The translations under genes and the position numbers were made by a program. A stretch of 32,000 bases of DNA, from contig CP064964.1 of NCBI GenBank assembly GCA_016699205.1, positions 780,001 to 812,000 of the forward strand, read 5' to 3'. Source of the DNA: Candidatus Saccharimonadota bacterium (GTDB taxonomy: Bacteria > Patescibacteriota > Patescibacteriia > 2-12-FULL-60-25). The notes beneath the pieces were generated by a model. It made no database searches, was not told the origin of the DNA, and saw only the letters and a program-made list of their open reading frames with translations. Numbering within the stretch: the first letter of the stretch is position 1; every line of letters begins with the position of its first letter. Below are positions 9,101 through 17,214 of this stretch, piece after piece.

Positions 9101-12100
9101 AGCCATCCCGACATTTGCCCCTTATGATCCAAATTTCTTGGGTGTTGTTGTGAACGATCCTGGTTTGATTCTTTCCAACGGAACGTTTGATGGTGTTCGT
9201 GTGGCTTCCCAGGGTCGTGCGCTCGTTATTGCGTCTAATGAGAATGGCGATATCGTGACGGGAGATGTTTTGACTACGGCATCGACAACTGGCGCTCTTA
9301 TGAAGGCTACGGGTCCTGGATTCGTTGTGGGTCGAGCGTTGCAACCACTTACAAGCTCCACGGGAACGATCGTTGTTCAGCTACAGCCGAATCACTACAC
9401 GCCTTCTGCTAATGGTGTTTACAGTATTCTGAGTGCGACGGGTTATTTGGCGGTTGGTGATCATGAGCTTCCGGCGGTTGGGTCTTCTGCTATCGCGCAG
9501 TTTGCTGCAACTACGGATACGTATCTTCAAGTGAATTTGCAGAACTTCTCAACCGGTACGAGTGCGTCATCGGATTATGTGGCGACTGCGGATAATGGAG
9601 ATGACTCGAGCTATTATGTTGACTTTGGTATCAATGGATCTGGCTATGATAATCCGGATTTTTCGATCGTTGGGGCGAATGACGGGTATCTGTATGTTCA
9701 TGGAGGCGACCTCGCTCTTGGTACTGCTAGCTCGGCAGATATTCTCTTTCATACGGGCGGTACGCTCGCAGAGAATGAGCGCATGCGCGTAACAACGGAT
9801 GGTTTGGTTGGTATCGGTACAAGCGTACCTTCATCGACCTTGCATGTGGTTGGTGACACGATTTTGGGGGTACTTACGTTTTCTCATGCGACGGGATTAG
9901 GCTTAATGACAACGAACCTTGTCTTTACCGATGCTACAGGAACAAATCTTGCGTTTACGGGAACGTTTAGCGGTGCGAATGCCGTCTTTACGGCGGTTAC
10001 AAGTACGTCGATCGCGACAACGAATCTCTTGGTTGATGGCAAGCGCGTGTGTTTGGAGGATGGAACCAATTGTTCCGTTGGATCAGCTTACAGCGCCTCG
10101 TCTTCCGCATCGGTTTCTGTTGGTGCGGAAACGGAATTGCTTGTCGTAACAACCACGCCAGCCTTTGCATCCAATGCGGTTTGGATTTCTGCTGATGCGC
10201 GTGCCGTGAACGCGAGTGGAGCTGATGGAACAACGGTGACATTGCGTATCCGCCGTGGCGATACGTGTGCGGCCGGAGTGCAGGTTGGCGTTGATCGTAC
10301 GGTTGATGTTGGTGTATCCGATTCCGATACGATTTCGACCAGCTTTGTCGATATGCCTGGGACGGCCAATGCGACGGCCTATCGTTTGTGCGCGCTTGGT
10401 AGCGGAGGAACACCTTCTGTGACCAATCGTTCAATGACCGTGCAGTTGATTAAGCAAGGCGCTGACTTGGGTGAAGTCTATTATTCTATTGATCGTACGA
10501 TTGATCCGGGTACGGTTGTCTCTATTGATGAGAACGGTGAGGCTTTGGTGAAGAAGTCAGGAGTGCCTTACGACGACCAGATGATCGGTGTTATTTCTAC
10601 GCGTCCAGGTCTTTTGCTTGCCGAGCATCCGCGTACGGATGGTGCGCCGGTTATCGTTGCTCTTTCCGGCCGTATTCCGGTGCGAGTGACAAAAATGAAT
10701 GGCGTGATTCGTGCCGGGGATTACCTTACGAGTTCACCGATTCCTGGTGTGGCCATGAAGGCGACCAAGGCCGGTCATATCTTGGGTCAGGCTTTAACCT
10801 CGTTTGACGGTGACGACGAGGGCGAGGTCATGGCATTTATCAAGAACGGTTTCTGGAATGGCCAGAGTGTTGCTGCGGATCGTGCGCAAACAGGCCGTTC
10901 GGTTCTCATGAACACGCTCGCCTCGATCGACGTATCGACGATTGACGTTTCTTCAACGGTATCCATGCTGAATGCTGATCGTATCGTGGCCTCCGAGGAT
11001 GTGGTTGCTAAATCATTGATCGGCGAGAGTTTAGCTGTCCGCATGATCGATAGCTTGAGCGGCGATTTGCGTTTGCAGATTGGCACAACCGGTACCCTTG
11101 GTCTCTATGTTGAAGGACAAGAGAATCCGGTGTTGAGCGTGGATGGAAGCGGTGTGTTGATCTTGCGTTCATTGGCGGCTGAGTATGTGAGTTCAACGCG
11201 CGTGACAACGGATCAATTGATTGCCGTTGATATCCAGTCGCCGACGATTGATTCCTTGCGCATGACGCTCGGAATGGCGACTACGTCATTAACGGATTTA
11301 ACCAATCGTGCCACTGAGGTCACGGGTGTTTTGGAGGAACTTGAGCGTCGAATGAGCGAACTCGCTTCATCCGTGAGCGCTACAGGCACATCGGATTCCG
11401 GCCTTGATGTTGATCAGCTGCGCGTGCAGGAGGGGATGGAGGTAGTGGGTGAGATTCGTGCTCCTGGTGGATTGCGCGTTGATACGCTTACGAGTATTGG
11501 TGATTTGATGACGATTGCCGGAAACGTTGAGTTTACTGGTCCTATTATGGTTAATCGTGATACGGCTGGATTTGCGGTGATTACGACTGGTATGAAGCGT
11601 GTGCGTATCGCCTTTGATCGACCGTATCTCGTGAAACCGGTTGTGCAGGCGACGGTAACTTTTGAGACGCTTGAAGAAGAGGATCCAGGTCAGGAGGAGC
11701 TTCGCATCCAGAGTTACTTTGATCAGAACATGCGTTATGTTGTGACACGTGTCACAAAGGAGGGCTTTGAGATCTGGTTTGATAAGCCGGTGCAGCAGGA
11801 TGTTCGGTTTAGCTGGCTCGCATTGGCTCCGAAGAATGCCGAGGAGGTTTTGTCTACGGATATGAACGATGCGCCAGTCCCAGAACCTGAACCGATCCCT
11901 GAGCCTGCTCCAGAGGTGACGCCGGAACCAGAGCCGGAAGTTGTAACGGAACCTGCTCCAGAGCCGATCCCTGAGCCGGAACCAGAAACACAGCCAGAAC
12001 CAGAAACAGCGCCTGAGCCCGAACCGATTCCCGAGCCTGTTCCAGAGGTAACGCCGGAACCAGAGCCGGAAGTTGTAACGGAGCCTGCTCCAGAGCCGAC

Positions 12101-12149
12101 TCCTGAGCCGGAACCAGCTCCAGAAGCACCAGTCTCCAATCCTTCTTAA
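3162..12149 (+). CDS. giant repetitive surface-fibre/adhesin-like protein, fragment 3 of 3 (2,995 codons, true C-terminus)
   Basis: This is one uninterrupted ORF. From 3162 to about 7500 it carries further T/S/N-rich modules with 13 CLxNGxxC-type loops. It has three [FV]GIGT[ST]xPxxxL[HE]V motifs (5955-6002, 7926-7973, 9807-9857), which I associate with tail-fibre-like proteins. A Gly-rich GGxGG region spans 7551-7900 and a possible jelly-roll/LamG-like region spans about 8210-8960. Two paralogous beta domains lie at 9009-9397 and 10458-10863. A heptad-like segment at about 11255-11390 is followed by a possible H-type-lectin-like end at 11559-11835 and a PEPEP tail at 11875-12146. The function is inferred only. 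Confidence 0.9.
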   Translation: MNTNTLNAGSVTFGTATVSGLTSLQNTTLTNGTSTNFASTGLLSFSTATGTQILANIGTFSTATVMGVAVCLQNGVGCPSGTVLSDTLQSVTARGSFTTTTVQFFGGLTTSNLTATGTTSLQNTTATNLASTGLLSFVSATGSTLNANFASFASATVAGQGICLQNGVGCPSAAAEADTLASVTNRGAFATTTLTLFGGLTTSNLTATGTLSVTGVSSLAGVTFTNATGTNATTTNFFATNLGFSNATGTSLNVNALSAGSAVLGTVTVSGSTSLQNTTLTNGTSTNFASTGLLSFSTATGTQILANIGTFSTATVSGIAVCLANGVGCPSGTVLSDTLQSVTARGSFTTTTVQFFGGLTTSNLTATGTTSLQNTTATNLASTGLLSFVSATGSTLNANFASFASATVAGQGICLQNGVGCPSAAAEADTLASVTNRGAFATSSVTLFGGLTASNFTATGTASLQSTTATNLAATGLLSFTSATGTTLRANTAVIGLLTYGNATGATLNANVLSATTVTSTAMFVNGVAVCLANGTNCSTAGLDTLQSVTARGSFTTTTVQFFGGFVAASSSVTGTFVVVGSSSLRNVDFTVATGTSVTTTNLFGTNLFFTGSTGTTLAVTRGTLGSSTATNLFVVNLGFIGSTGTNLLATGSVSTTNLFSNAATFATATVAGQGICLSNGVGCQFTSTVGLDTLQSVVARGAFTTTTAQFFGGLSTSDLTVTSTLLVTGVSSLAGVTFTNATGTNATTTNFFATNLGFSSATGVTLISNNLTANTASFTTATVAGIAVCLANGSFCPPSVTPNLQAVTNVGNVTTNTIQFAGGTSTANFFVQRNMGVGTSTGSLTTRLALQSSSTNSEVFRVYNTSYRPILALAEDISGNGQFILRDSSGNTRAEIYGAPNGFMNLYDSTGGTDFSFFSGNDSYINTGAFFGIGTSVPSSTLHVVGGTILQGNTTGTNVTSTNLFATNIGFITATGTQILANIGTFSTATVSGVAVCLANGVGCPSGTVLSDTLQSVTARGSFTTTTVQFFGGLSASNLTATGTTSLQNTTATNLASTGLLSFVSATGSTLNANFASFASATVAGQGICLQNGVGCPSASAEADTLASVTNRGAFATSSVTLFGGLTASNLTATGTTSLQSTTATNLAATGLLSFTSATGTTLRANTAVIGLLTYGNATGATLNANVLSATTVTSTAMFVNGVAVCLANGTNCSTAGLDTLQSVTARGSFTTTTVQFFGGLSASNITATGTTSLQNTTATNFASTGLLSFVSATGSTLNANFASFASATVAGQGICLQNGVGCPSASAEADTLASVTNRGAFATSSVTLFGGLTASNLTATGTTSLQSTTATNLAATGLLSFTSATGTTLRANTAVIGLLTYGNATGATLNANVLSATTVTSTAMFVNGVAVCLANGINCTNVGLDTLQSVTARGSFTTTTAQFFGGFVAASSSVTGTFSIFGGDGTTAAAPTAFQAHGGTGGILGTTGFAGGALTLTGGTGASTTLLTAGGQGGSLNFIAGNGGGAGAALGIGATGGGINLTAGNGSLGGLGGANGNGGNITLNPGAGFGTGAVNGNIILANLRGSVGIGTTNPLAKLEVQGVVSSTGLLVASDAAINIPSVIKGFEGQTANLTEWRNASGTPLLAVTASGSLSFLTPTGTIVMVSTGTLNILAGTSTALSMRYLNDKFGAALNAGAFMDRNSALQEEFNKQRTAIAADTTGAAGAAFGDGGGWGVYENGTCNVTALADTVNGIMRLAKSTFGGDGCLVMMDEALNNPRSIFDADNLPVLLMKIRPSAIGTNTDYIYSGLGDSTDALLAAPTNFIGFGNSGSTTWVGLTRSAGAQTQVTCTGQTISTANFALLMVEVRSATDVRFFVDNDVTNGVDFVECGTGSQTNIPTIALAPQIHWNDGAGDATTNLDVDFFRAWQDDAPEEGGSTTTTPNFYSMSTLAQYFPADDVNLVPGTVVSIDTTATSIKAIPTFAPYDPNFLGVVVNDPGLILSNGTFDGVRVASQGRALVIASNENGDIVTGDVLTTASTTGALMKATGPGFVVGRALQPLTSSTGTIVVQLQPNHYTPSANGVYSILSATGYLAVGDHELPAVGSSAIAQFAATTDTYLQVNLQNFSTGTSASSDYVATADNGDDSSYYVDFGINGSGYDNPDFSIVGANDGYLYVHGGDLALGTASSADILFHTGGTLAENERMRVTTDGLVGIGTSVPSSTLHVVGDTILGVLTFSHATGLGLMTTNLVFTDATGTNLAFTGTFSGANAVFTAVTSTSIATTNLLVDGKRVCLEDGTNCSVGSAYSASSSASVSVGAETELLVVTTTPAFASNAVWISADARAVNASGADGTTVTLRIRRGDTCAAGVQVGVDRTVDVGVSDSDTISTSFVDMPGTANATAYRLCALGSGGTPSVTNRSMTVQLIKQGADLGEVYYSIDRTIDPGTVVSIDENGEALVKKSGVPYDDQMIGVISTRPGLLLAEHPRTDGAPVIVALSGRIPVRVTKMNGVIRAGDYLTSSPIPGVAMKATKAGHILGQALTSFDGDDEGEVMAFIKNGFWNGQSVAADRAQTGRSVLMNTLASIDVSTIDVSSTVSMLNADRIVASEDVVAKSLIGESLAVRMIDSLSGDLRLQIGTTGTLGLYVEGQENPVLSVDGSGVLILRSLAAEYVSSTRVTTDQLIAVDIQSPTIDSLRMTLGMATTSLTDLTNRATEVTGVLEELERRMSELASSVSATGTSDSGLDVDQLRVQEGMEVVGEIRAPGGLRVDTLTSIGDLMTIAGNVEFTGPIMVNRDTAGFAVITTGMKRVRIAFDRPYLVKPVVQATVTFETLEEEDPGQEELRIQSYFDQNMRYVVTRVTKEGFEIWFDKPVQQDVRFSWLALAPKNAEEVLSTDMNDAPVPEPEPIPEPAPEVTPEPEPEVVTEPAPEPIPEPEPETQPEPETAPEPEPIPEPVPEVTPEPEPEVVTEPAPEPTPEPEPAPEAPVSNPS
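6198..7439 (+). repeat. 2-copy tandem duplication, period 621 bp (207 codons), inside the giant gene
   Basis: The [10 protein letters not shown] codon string starts at 6198, 6819 and 7440. The core 6371-6790 matches 6992-7411 almost perfectly (for example, aggggatctgtcttcagaac at 6421 and 7042). A diverged third copy lies at about 4490-4800. Confidence 0.9.
11875..12146 (+). repeat. Pro/Glu-rich low-complexity tail with internal 132-bp (44-codon) duplication
   Basis: gaggtgacgccggaaccagagccggaagttgtaacgga at 11913 recurs as gaggtaacgccggaaccagagccggaagttgtaacgga at 12045. The translation is [29 protein letters not shown], twice. Confidence 0.9.
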
Positions 12150-12174
12150 TCACGTGATATACTCTTCCTAACCT

Positions 12175-12993
12175 ATGATCAAGCGTACTTCCGCGGTAAA
12201 AACTCCATCGTCCAGAGCCAAGGCTTCTCAAGCTCCAATCGCTTTGGAAACAGCTCCGATGACACCGGCTCCATCTAATGGATCTGGATACTCTCGCGTT
12301 ATTCCCATTGTTATTGCTCTTGTGCTTGTGATTGGTGGCGGTGCTTATTTTGTGAGTGCAGCCATGAACGGCAAGTCGGGTAGCGACATGTCGAATATCG
12401 AGGTTCGTGATGGAGTTGATCCAAAGGAAGTCGCAAATATTATTGAACGAGTCCGTGAGCTCGTCGTGGCGGATTCTGATGAAATGCCAACCGTTGCGAC
12501 GGTTCAGGATATCTCAGTTCTGCGTCCTCAGAATCCGACACTTTATCGAGACGCCCAGAATGGAGACAAGCTCTTGGTGTGGTCGGATAAAGTCGTTGTT
12601 TACTCGGCTACCAAGGATCGATTGTTGGTCGTTATGCCGATTAACGTGACTCCTGATACGACAACGCAGAATACGCCGCCTGATGCACGAGTTGCCGCAG
12701 CAACAGCAGCAGAGGAGCCAAGCGTTACCATCGAGGTCCGCAATGGATCGGCGACGCCTGGAGCTGCCCGTGTATTGAACGATAAATTGAAAGCGGAAGG
12801 ATTTCAGACGCTTGCTCCCGCCGATGCCAAGAATAAAGCGTATCCTGCCACGATTATCTATAATGCTACCGGCAAGGCGATTCCAAAGACGCTTGAGAAG
12901 CTGATTGCTTCAACTGGTGGAACGGTGGTTACGGCAGCAGAAGGGGAGGGAAGAACGAGCGCGGACCTGTTGATAATTATTGGCGCAAAATAA
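12175..12993 (+). CDS. membrane-anchored LytR_C (LytR/CpsA/Psr C-terminal) domain protein
   Basis: ATG at 12175. There is a basic/Pro-rich N-terminus and then one TM helix (VIPIVIALVLVIGGGAYFVSAAM). The C-terminus VTIEVRNGSATPGAARVLNDKLKAEGFQT...ATIIYNATGK...ADLLIIIG matches the LytR_C pattern (V.V.NG....GLA......L...GF). A strong terminator follows. Confidence 0.7.
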   Translation: MIKRTSAVKTPSSRAKASQAPIALETAPMTPAPSNGSGYSRVIPIVIALVLVIGGGAYFVSAAMNGKSGSDMSNIEVRDGVDPKEVANIIERVRELVVADSDEMPTVATVQDISVLRPQNPTLYRDAQNGDKLLVWSDKVVVYSATKDRLLVVMPINVTPDTTTQNTPPDARVAAATAAEEPSVTIEVRNGSATPGAARVLNDKLKAEGFQTLAPADAKNKAYPATIIYNATGKAIPKTLEKLIASTGGTVVTAAEGEGRTSADLLIIIGAK

Positions 12994-13011
12994 TAGGTAC
13001 AATTCGTGTTC

Positions 13012-13049
13012 AAAACAAAATCTCCCTGAGTAAAGGGAGATTTTGTTTT
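13012..13049 (+). terminator. rho-independent terminator
   Basis: Perfect 16-bp stem aaaacaaaatctccct / agggagattttgtttt with loop gagtaa, 19 nt after the stop codon. The 3' arm is T-rich. Confidence 0.85.
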
Positions 13050-13086
13050 CCTGTATCCGAATCGTGTTCAATCGATAAAAACGCCA

Positions 13087-13115
13087 TTGAAAGAAGCTGC
13101 AAAAAATGATATTAT
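13087..13115 (+). promoter_or_regulatory. sigma70-like promoter for the SpoIID-domain gene
   Basis: TTGAAA (13087-13092), a 17-nt spacer, then TATTAT (13110-13115), with TG at 13107-13108 giving an extended -10. The ttg that the ORF track uses as a start codon is the -35 hexamer. Confidence 0.55.
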
Positions 13116-13155
13116 AGTAAGCATCAAGGAGGAAGCAGACGGAAAAAATACAAAT

Positions 13156-15570
13156 ATGAAACGCGCCTTCCCACTTTTACTTGCCATGATCATTGCCACG
13201 CCGTGGCCGCTTTTGGCGCAGGCTGCTGTTTCTCGTTCCTCTTATAATATTTCTATTGTTTCCATCAATGCGCCCAAGAGTCTTGCGCCTGGTGCGCGCG
13301 GAGAGGTGACGATTGAGGTGAAAAATACCGGTAGCGCCACCTGGACTCGCACGGGGACAAACTTTGTTTCCATCTATTCTTACGATCCTATCAAGAAACA
13401 GGAAGTAGGCAGCGTCTTTTATACGAGCGGATGGGATGCTCCTACGCGTCCAGCTCGCTTGCCCGTTGAACAGGTTAAGCCGGGAGAAACGACGACGTAT
13501 CGTTTTCCTATCGTTGCGCCGTCTAAACTCGGTTCATATACCGCGGAGTTTGTCGTAGTGGTTGAAGGTTTGGTGCGATTGAGCAACGGTCGATTTAACA
13601 TCACGGTTAACTCCACCAATTCTGCGGTGTCCGTGCCTGCGTCGTCCTCCGTAGCTACCTCGGTAACGACATCAGCTCCGGCTCCGGTATCGACTGGCAT
13701 GCAGACGGGTTCGACAAAATATGCGGCGCAGTATGTTTCCGGTGTAGCTTCAAGCTGGCAGATTGAGCTTGATCAAAATGTTATTGCGGAAATCGCCTAC
13801 AAGAATACAGGTACGGAGACTTGGAAGCGCGATGGAGATGCTTTTGTTTCCCTCTATGCCGTTGAAGGGGGAGCAAGCGGTAGTAAAGAACGAACGAGCT
13901 CGTTCCAAGATGCGAGCTGGTCGGGTGCACGTGCTGCTAAGATGGTTGAGCCGGAGGTGAAACCGGGTGCAATCGGGCGTTTTAAGGTCGAGCTGCGCGC
14001 CAAGACGCCGGGGGATTATCGCGAGGAATTTTTACTTGCTGCGGAGAAAGTAGCTTGGATGGCGGATAGCAGAATCTTTTTGAATATTAAAGTGCCGACC
14101 AATGGTTCGTATATCGCACGAAATATCACGGCCCCTCCGAATTCTATTTCTGCTTCGGATGCTGCCAAGAATGCCGGTTACAGCGCTTTGCTGATGCTGC
14201 GTTCAACGCAGAGCGTGTCTGCTTCTGGAAATGGACGCACACAATTAACGGTTGGTTTCAAGAACACGGGTACCAAAGCTTGGGGGAATCGGAGTTTGCA
14301 GGTGCGCGGGGTCACGGCTGCGACAACAGCAACTGCCAAGTACGCGAGTGTTCGTGATGATTCTTGGCGCGAGGGATCGACGCCTGTAAAAGTTGAGGGG
14401 GCAACAAAGCCAGGTGAGCTTGGTTTGCTTACGTTTACGATTAAAGCACCGGCTAAGAAGGGTGAGTATAAGGCGAGTTTTCAGATGTATGCCGATAATC
14501 AGCCGATTGACGGCGGTATTATCGATATTCCGATTACCGTGACGGCAGACGGTTATATCGAGCCTGAGCCGGTTCCTGCCAAACCGATTCCGACCGTAAA
14601 GACGCCGACGCCCGCACCTTCTCAGCCGACGCCGAATGCGATTCCGAGTTTGAATCCGCAGCCTTTGAATGGCGATGTCAATAGTTTGCCAAATGAGCCT
14701 TTGATGCGCGTCGGTATCTTTGCGACGACGGACGACAAGATGACGATTCGTGCCAAGTACGCGCCGCTTGAGGTGCGTAATGGTACGTCGGTTGTCTGTA
14801 CTCTCCCCGTGAACGCCTCTGTTATTGTTTCCTATGATCGTGGCGCTTCTCTTTATCGTATCGCTGGCGATTGTCCGGTTGCTCAGTCATCGACCTACTA
14901 CGTGGTGAAGGCACAGGATGGAATCTCTCCGATGGAAATGAGCGATTTTAGCCGTCCTGTCGCTTGGCTACCCGGTGCTAACGACAATACGTTCCGTGCG
15001 CATTTGGAATTGCGCTGGTCGCCGACCGTGAGCCAGGCTTGGGTGATTAATGAGTTGCCGATCGAATGGTATTTGAAGGGGATCGCGGAAACGTCCAATG
15101 TGAGTCCGATGCAGTATCAGCGCGCTTTGCTTACGGCAGCTCGAACGTATGCGATGTATCACGTTCAGCGTCAGACTAAGCATGCGTCTAAGTTCTTTAT
15201 CGTCGATGCGACGTATGACCAGGTGTATCGTGGATATGGTCAGGAAGCTCGTAGTCCGACGATTGTCGCGGCTGTTGATGCCACGCGTGGTCAGATCGTT
15301 ACGTACCAAGGGAAGTTAGCTCTTACGCCGTATTTCTCACGTTCTGACGGTCGTACACGTTCTTGGGGTGAAGTTTGGTACGGTCAGTCGAATTATCCGT
15401 GGCTCGTGTCGGTGCCCGTGCCGGATGATGTCGGAAAGACATTGTGGGGTCATGGAGTCGGTATGTCGGCTACGGGTGCATTGCAGATGGATGCCAAGTG
15501 GGGGAAGACATACGATCAAATTTTGAGCCACTTCTACACGGGAACTGAGCTTCGTAGAATTTATAAATAA
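13156..15570 (+). CDS. secreted SpoIID/LytB-domain protein with three N-terminal beta-sandwich (NBR1/CARDB-like) repeats
   Basis: ATG 13156 gives a signal peptide (MKRAFPLLLAMIIATPWPLLAQAAV). The ORF-track start at 13087 lies in the promoter. The C-terminal ~300 aa (YLKGIAE...ALLTAARTYA...QVYRGYG...ATRGQIVTY...PYFSRSDGRTRS...GHGVGMSATGA) is the SpoIID signature. Three ~150-aa repeats carry KNTG[ST]xxW: VKNTGSATW, YKNTGTETW and FKNTGTKAW. A Pro-rich linker spans about 14560-14700. Confidence 0.85.
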   Translation: MKRAFPLLLAMIIATPWPLLAQAAVSRSSYNISIVSINAPKSLAPGARGEVTIEVKNTGSATWTRTGTNFVSIYSYDPIKKQEVGSVFYTSGWDAPTRPARLPVEQVKPGETTTYRFPIVAPSKLGSYTAEFVVVVEGLVRLSNGRFNITVNSTNSAVSVPASSSVATSVTTSAPAPVSTGMQTGSTKYAAQYVSGVASSWQIELDQNVIAEIAYKNTGTETWKRDGDAFVSLYAVEGGASGSKERTSSFQDASWSGARAAKMVEPEVKPGAIGRFKVELRAKTPGDYREEFLLAAEKVAWMADSRIFLNIKVPTNGSYIARNITAPPNSISASDAAKNAGYSALLMLRSTQSVSASGNGRTQLTVGFKNTGTKAWGNRSLQVRGVTAATTATAKYASVRDDSWREGSTPVKVEGATKPGELGLLTFTIKAPAKKGEYKASFQMYADNQPIDGGIIDIPITVTADGYIEPEPVPAKPIPTVKTPTPAPSQPTPNAIPSLNPQPLNGDVNSLPNEPLMRVGIFATTDDKMTIRAKYAPLEVRNGTSVVCTLPVNASVIVSYDRGASLYRIAGDCPVAQSSTYYVVKAQDGISPMEMSDFSRPVAWLPGANDNTFRAHLELRWSPTVSQAWVINELPIEWYLKGIAETSNVSPMQYQRALLTAARTYAMYHVQRQTKHASKFFIVDATYDQVYRGYGQEARSPTIVAAVDATRGQIVTYQGKLALTPYFSRSDGRTRSWGEVWYGQSNYPWLVSVPVPDDVGKTLWGHGVGMSATGALQMDAKWGKTYDQILSHFYTGTELRRIYK

Positions 15571-15600
15571 AAACACCTCGCAATACTGCGGGGTGTTTTT
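15571..15600 (+). terminator. rho-independent terminator
   Basis: 11-bp stem aaacacctcgc / gcggggtgttt (one G-U pair) with a 6-nt loop and a T5 tail, directly after the taa stop at 15568-15570. Confidence 0.8.
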
Positions 15601-15659
15601 ATTTACGAGACGCTATTGTCTTGCTCGAGTTATACTGATGAGCGATACTTATTAATAAT

Positions 15660-16541
15660 ATGTCCAAAGAAAATCCATTTTCTGGAAAACCTGAGGCGAG
15701 AGTTGAAAAGCGAGCTTCTAAGCTTACCGAGCAAAAAACAAATCTTTTGAAGCGTTCCAAGTGGGGCGGCTTGTTTGCTGGGATGATGGCTGTTGTAGGC
15801 GCTGCTAATGCAGCAGAAGCGCAGCAGCATCCTCGAGAGGGTGAGTTTCATATGGACTTTGACTGGCGTTCTGTTTCTATGGCGGAGCTTAATCAAGAAT
15901 GGACGCAAGCGATGCAGATGCTTCGTTCGACTGATGATTTGCTTGAAGCGGATGTAAACCGCCGTATGGTGTACGAGGGCTCGGTCGAGGAGCAAATTGA
16001 CACGGTTAACTTTAGACGGCGAGAACCCCAGGAGGAGGTGCATCTTGGTGACACGCAGGCGTTACGCGGTTTGGAAGGACATGTTATTGAGATTTCCTCC
16101 GTGAGAGGTTCAGTTTATCGTACGTTGAGAGAAGGTGACCGAGCCCAGAGTTCCGCGGTTAATCATCTTGGATTCCGCGTCTTTGATGTCTCTCCTGCGG
16201 CTTCTCGGCGTTTAGAGGCTACGGGGCGTCATCTCATCGAGGATTATGAAGCGGAAACCGCTGATCAGGCGCTTGCTTTGGTGATGGAAGAGGTGGGAAG
16301 AGCTGGGGCGGAAGAAGGCCATGTTCGGGAACTGTACCAAGCGAGAGAAGGAGCCCGTGTCGACCAGCTCTCGGTTAACACATATCTCGAGCATAGTTAT
16401 TTGTCTAATGTACACATCGGTGAAATGCAGCAGCTTCCAAATGGGCACTTCCGAGTACATGTAGAGGCTGACTTGCTTCGAGAGGCTCCTCCGGAACCAG
16501 TGTCAGCACCCGCCCCTACGCCTGAGCCGCTTCAATGGTAG
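15660..16541 (+). CDS. hypothetical membrane-anchored acidic protein (no family recognised)
   Basis: ATG start and 293 codons. It has a basic N-terminus, one hydrophobic segment (WGGLFAGMMAVVGAANAA), an E/D/R-rich body and a Pro-rich end (APPEPVSAPAPTPEPLQW). Terminators flank it on both sides. Confidence 0.6.
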   Translation: MSKENPFSGKPEARVEKRASKLTEQKTNLLKRSKWGGLFAGMMAVVGAANAAEAQQHPREGEFHMDFDWRSVSMAELNQEWTQAMQMLRSTDDLLEADVNRRMVYEGSVEEQIDTVNFRRREPQEEVHLGDTQALRGLEGHVIEISSVRGSVYRTLREGDRAQSSAVNHLGFRVFDVSPAASRRLEATGRHLIEDYEAETADQALALVMEEVGRAGAEEGHVRELYQAREGARVDQLSVNTYLEHSYLSNVHIGEMQQLPNGHFRVHVEADLLREAPPEPVSAPAPTPEPLQW

Positions 16542-16580
16542 TAACAAAAAAGATCCCCTCGTGGGGATCTTTTTTGTTAC
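16541..16580. terminator. bidirectional terminator between convergent genes
   Basis: Perfect 18-bp palindrome gtaacaaaaaagatcccc / ggggatcttttttgttac with loop tcgt. The arms carry A6/T6 tracts. It overlaps both stop codons (16539-16541 and 16577-16579). Confidence 0.85.
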
Positions 16581-17158
16581 GAGATGATCTTGTCGACCAG
16601 TCCGTATTTCACGGCAGCTGATGCTTCCATGAAGTTGTCGCGTTCCGTGTCTTCCTCGACCTTCTTTAGATTTTGGCCTGTGTGCTTGGCGAGAATCTTG
16701 TTCAGGTTGGATTTGGTTTGCAAAATGCGTTCTGCGTGGATCTTGATGTCTGTTGCTTGGCCTTGGAATCCGCCGAGCACCTGGTGGATCATGACTTCCG
16801 AGTTTGGAAGAACGAATCGCTTTCCTTTTGCGCCGCCGGCGAGGAGGACGGCGCCCATCGAGGCGGCCATGCCGATACAGATGGTTGAGACATCGGGCTT
16901 GATCAACTGCATCGTGTCGTAGATGGCGAGGCCGGCTGTGACCGAGCCGCCAGGAGAGTTGATGTAGAGCTTAATGTCTTTTTCCTTGTCCTGGCTTTCC
17001 AAAAAGAGAAGCTGGGCGACGATGATGTTTGCAACATCATCGTTAATTTCTGTGCCGAGCATGATGATGCGGTCCTTCAAGAGGCGCGAGTAAATGTCGT
17101 AGGCGCGTTCTCCTTGAGGAGTTTTTTCAATAACCGTTGGGATGAGATAGTTCTTCAT
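16577..17158 (-). CDS. clpP: ATP-dependent Clp protease proteolytic subunit
   Basis: 193 aa with full-length ClpP signatures: [48 protein letters not shown] (catalytic Ser context) and MIHQ (His). Confidence 0.97.
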   Translation of the reverse strand: MKNYLIPTVIEKTPQGERAYDIYSRLLKDRIIMLGTEINDDVANIIVAQLLFLESQDKEKDIKLYINSPGGSVTAGLAIYDTMQLIKPDVSTICIGMAASMGAVLLAGGAKGKRFVLPNSEVMIHQVLGGFQGQATDIKIHAERILQTKSNLNKILAKHTGQNLKKVEEDTERDNFMEASAAVKYGLVDKIIS

Positions 17159-17214
17159 GGCAGTAAGGTTATCAGACAGGATTTAGCAGTCAAGTGGATA
17201 GAGTGCTAGATCGA

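Noticed and set aside
7307-12231. Long antisense ORFs inside the giant gene (7307-8329(-) 340 aa; 8772-9344(-); 9997-10434(-); 11735-12139(-) and 11854-12231(-), G/S-rich)
   Set aside because: They sit opposite Gly-rich or PEPEP coding sequence, which lacks antisense stop codons by composition. They have no start context, terminator or recognisable motifs.
13087-13155. ttg 13087 as the start of the SpoIID-domain gene (adds MKEAAKNDIIVSIKEEADGKNTN)
   Set aside because: The ttg is the -35 hexamer of a near-consensus promoter (TTGAAA-17-TATTAT). The ATG at 13156 yields a canonical signal peptide.
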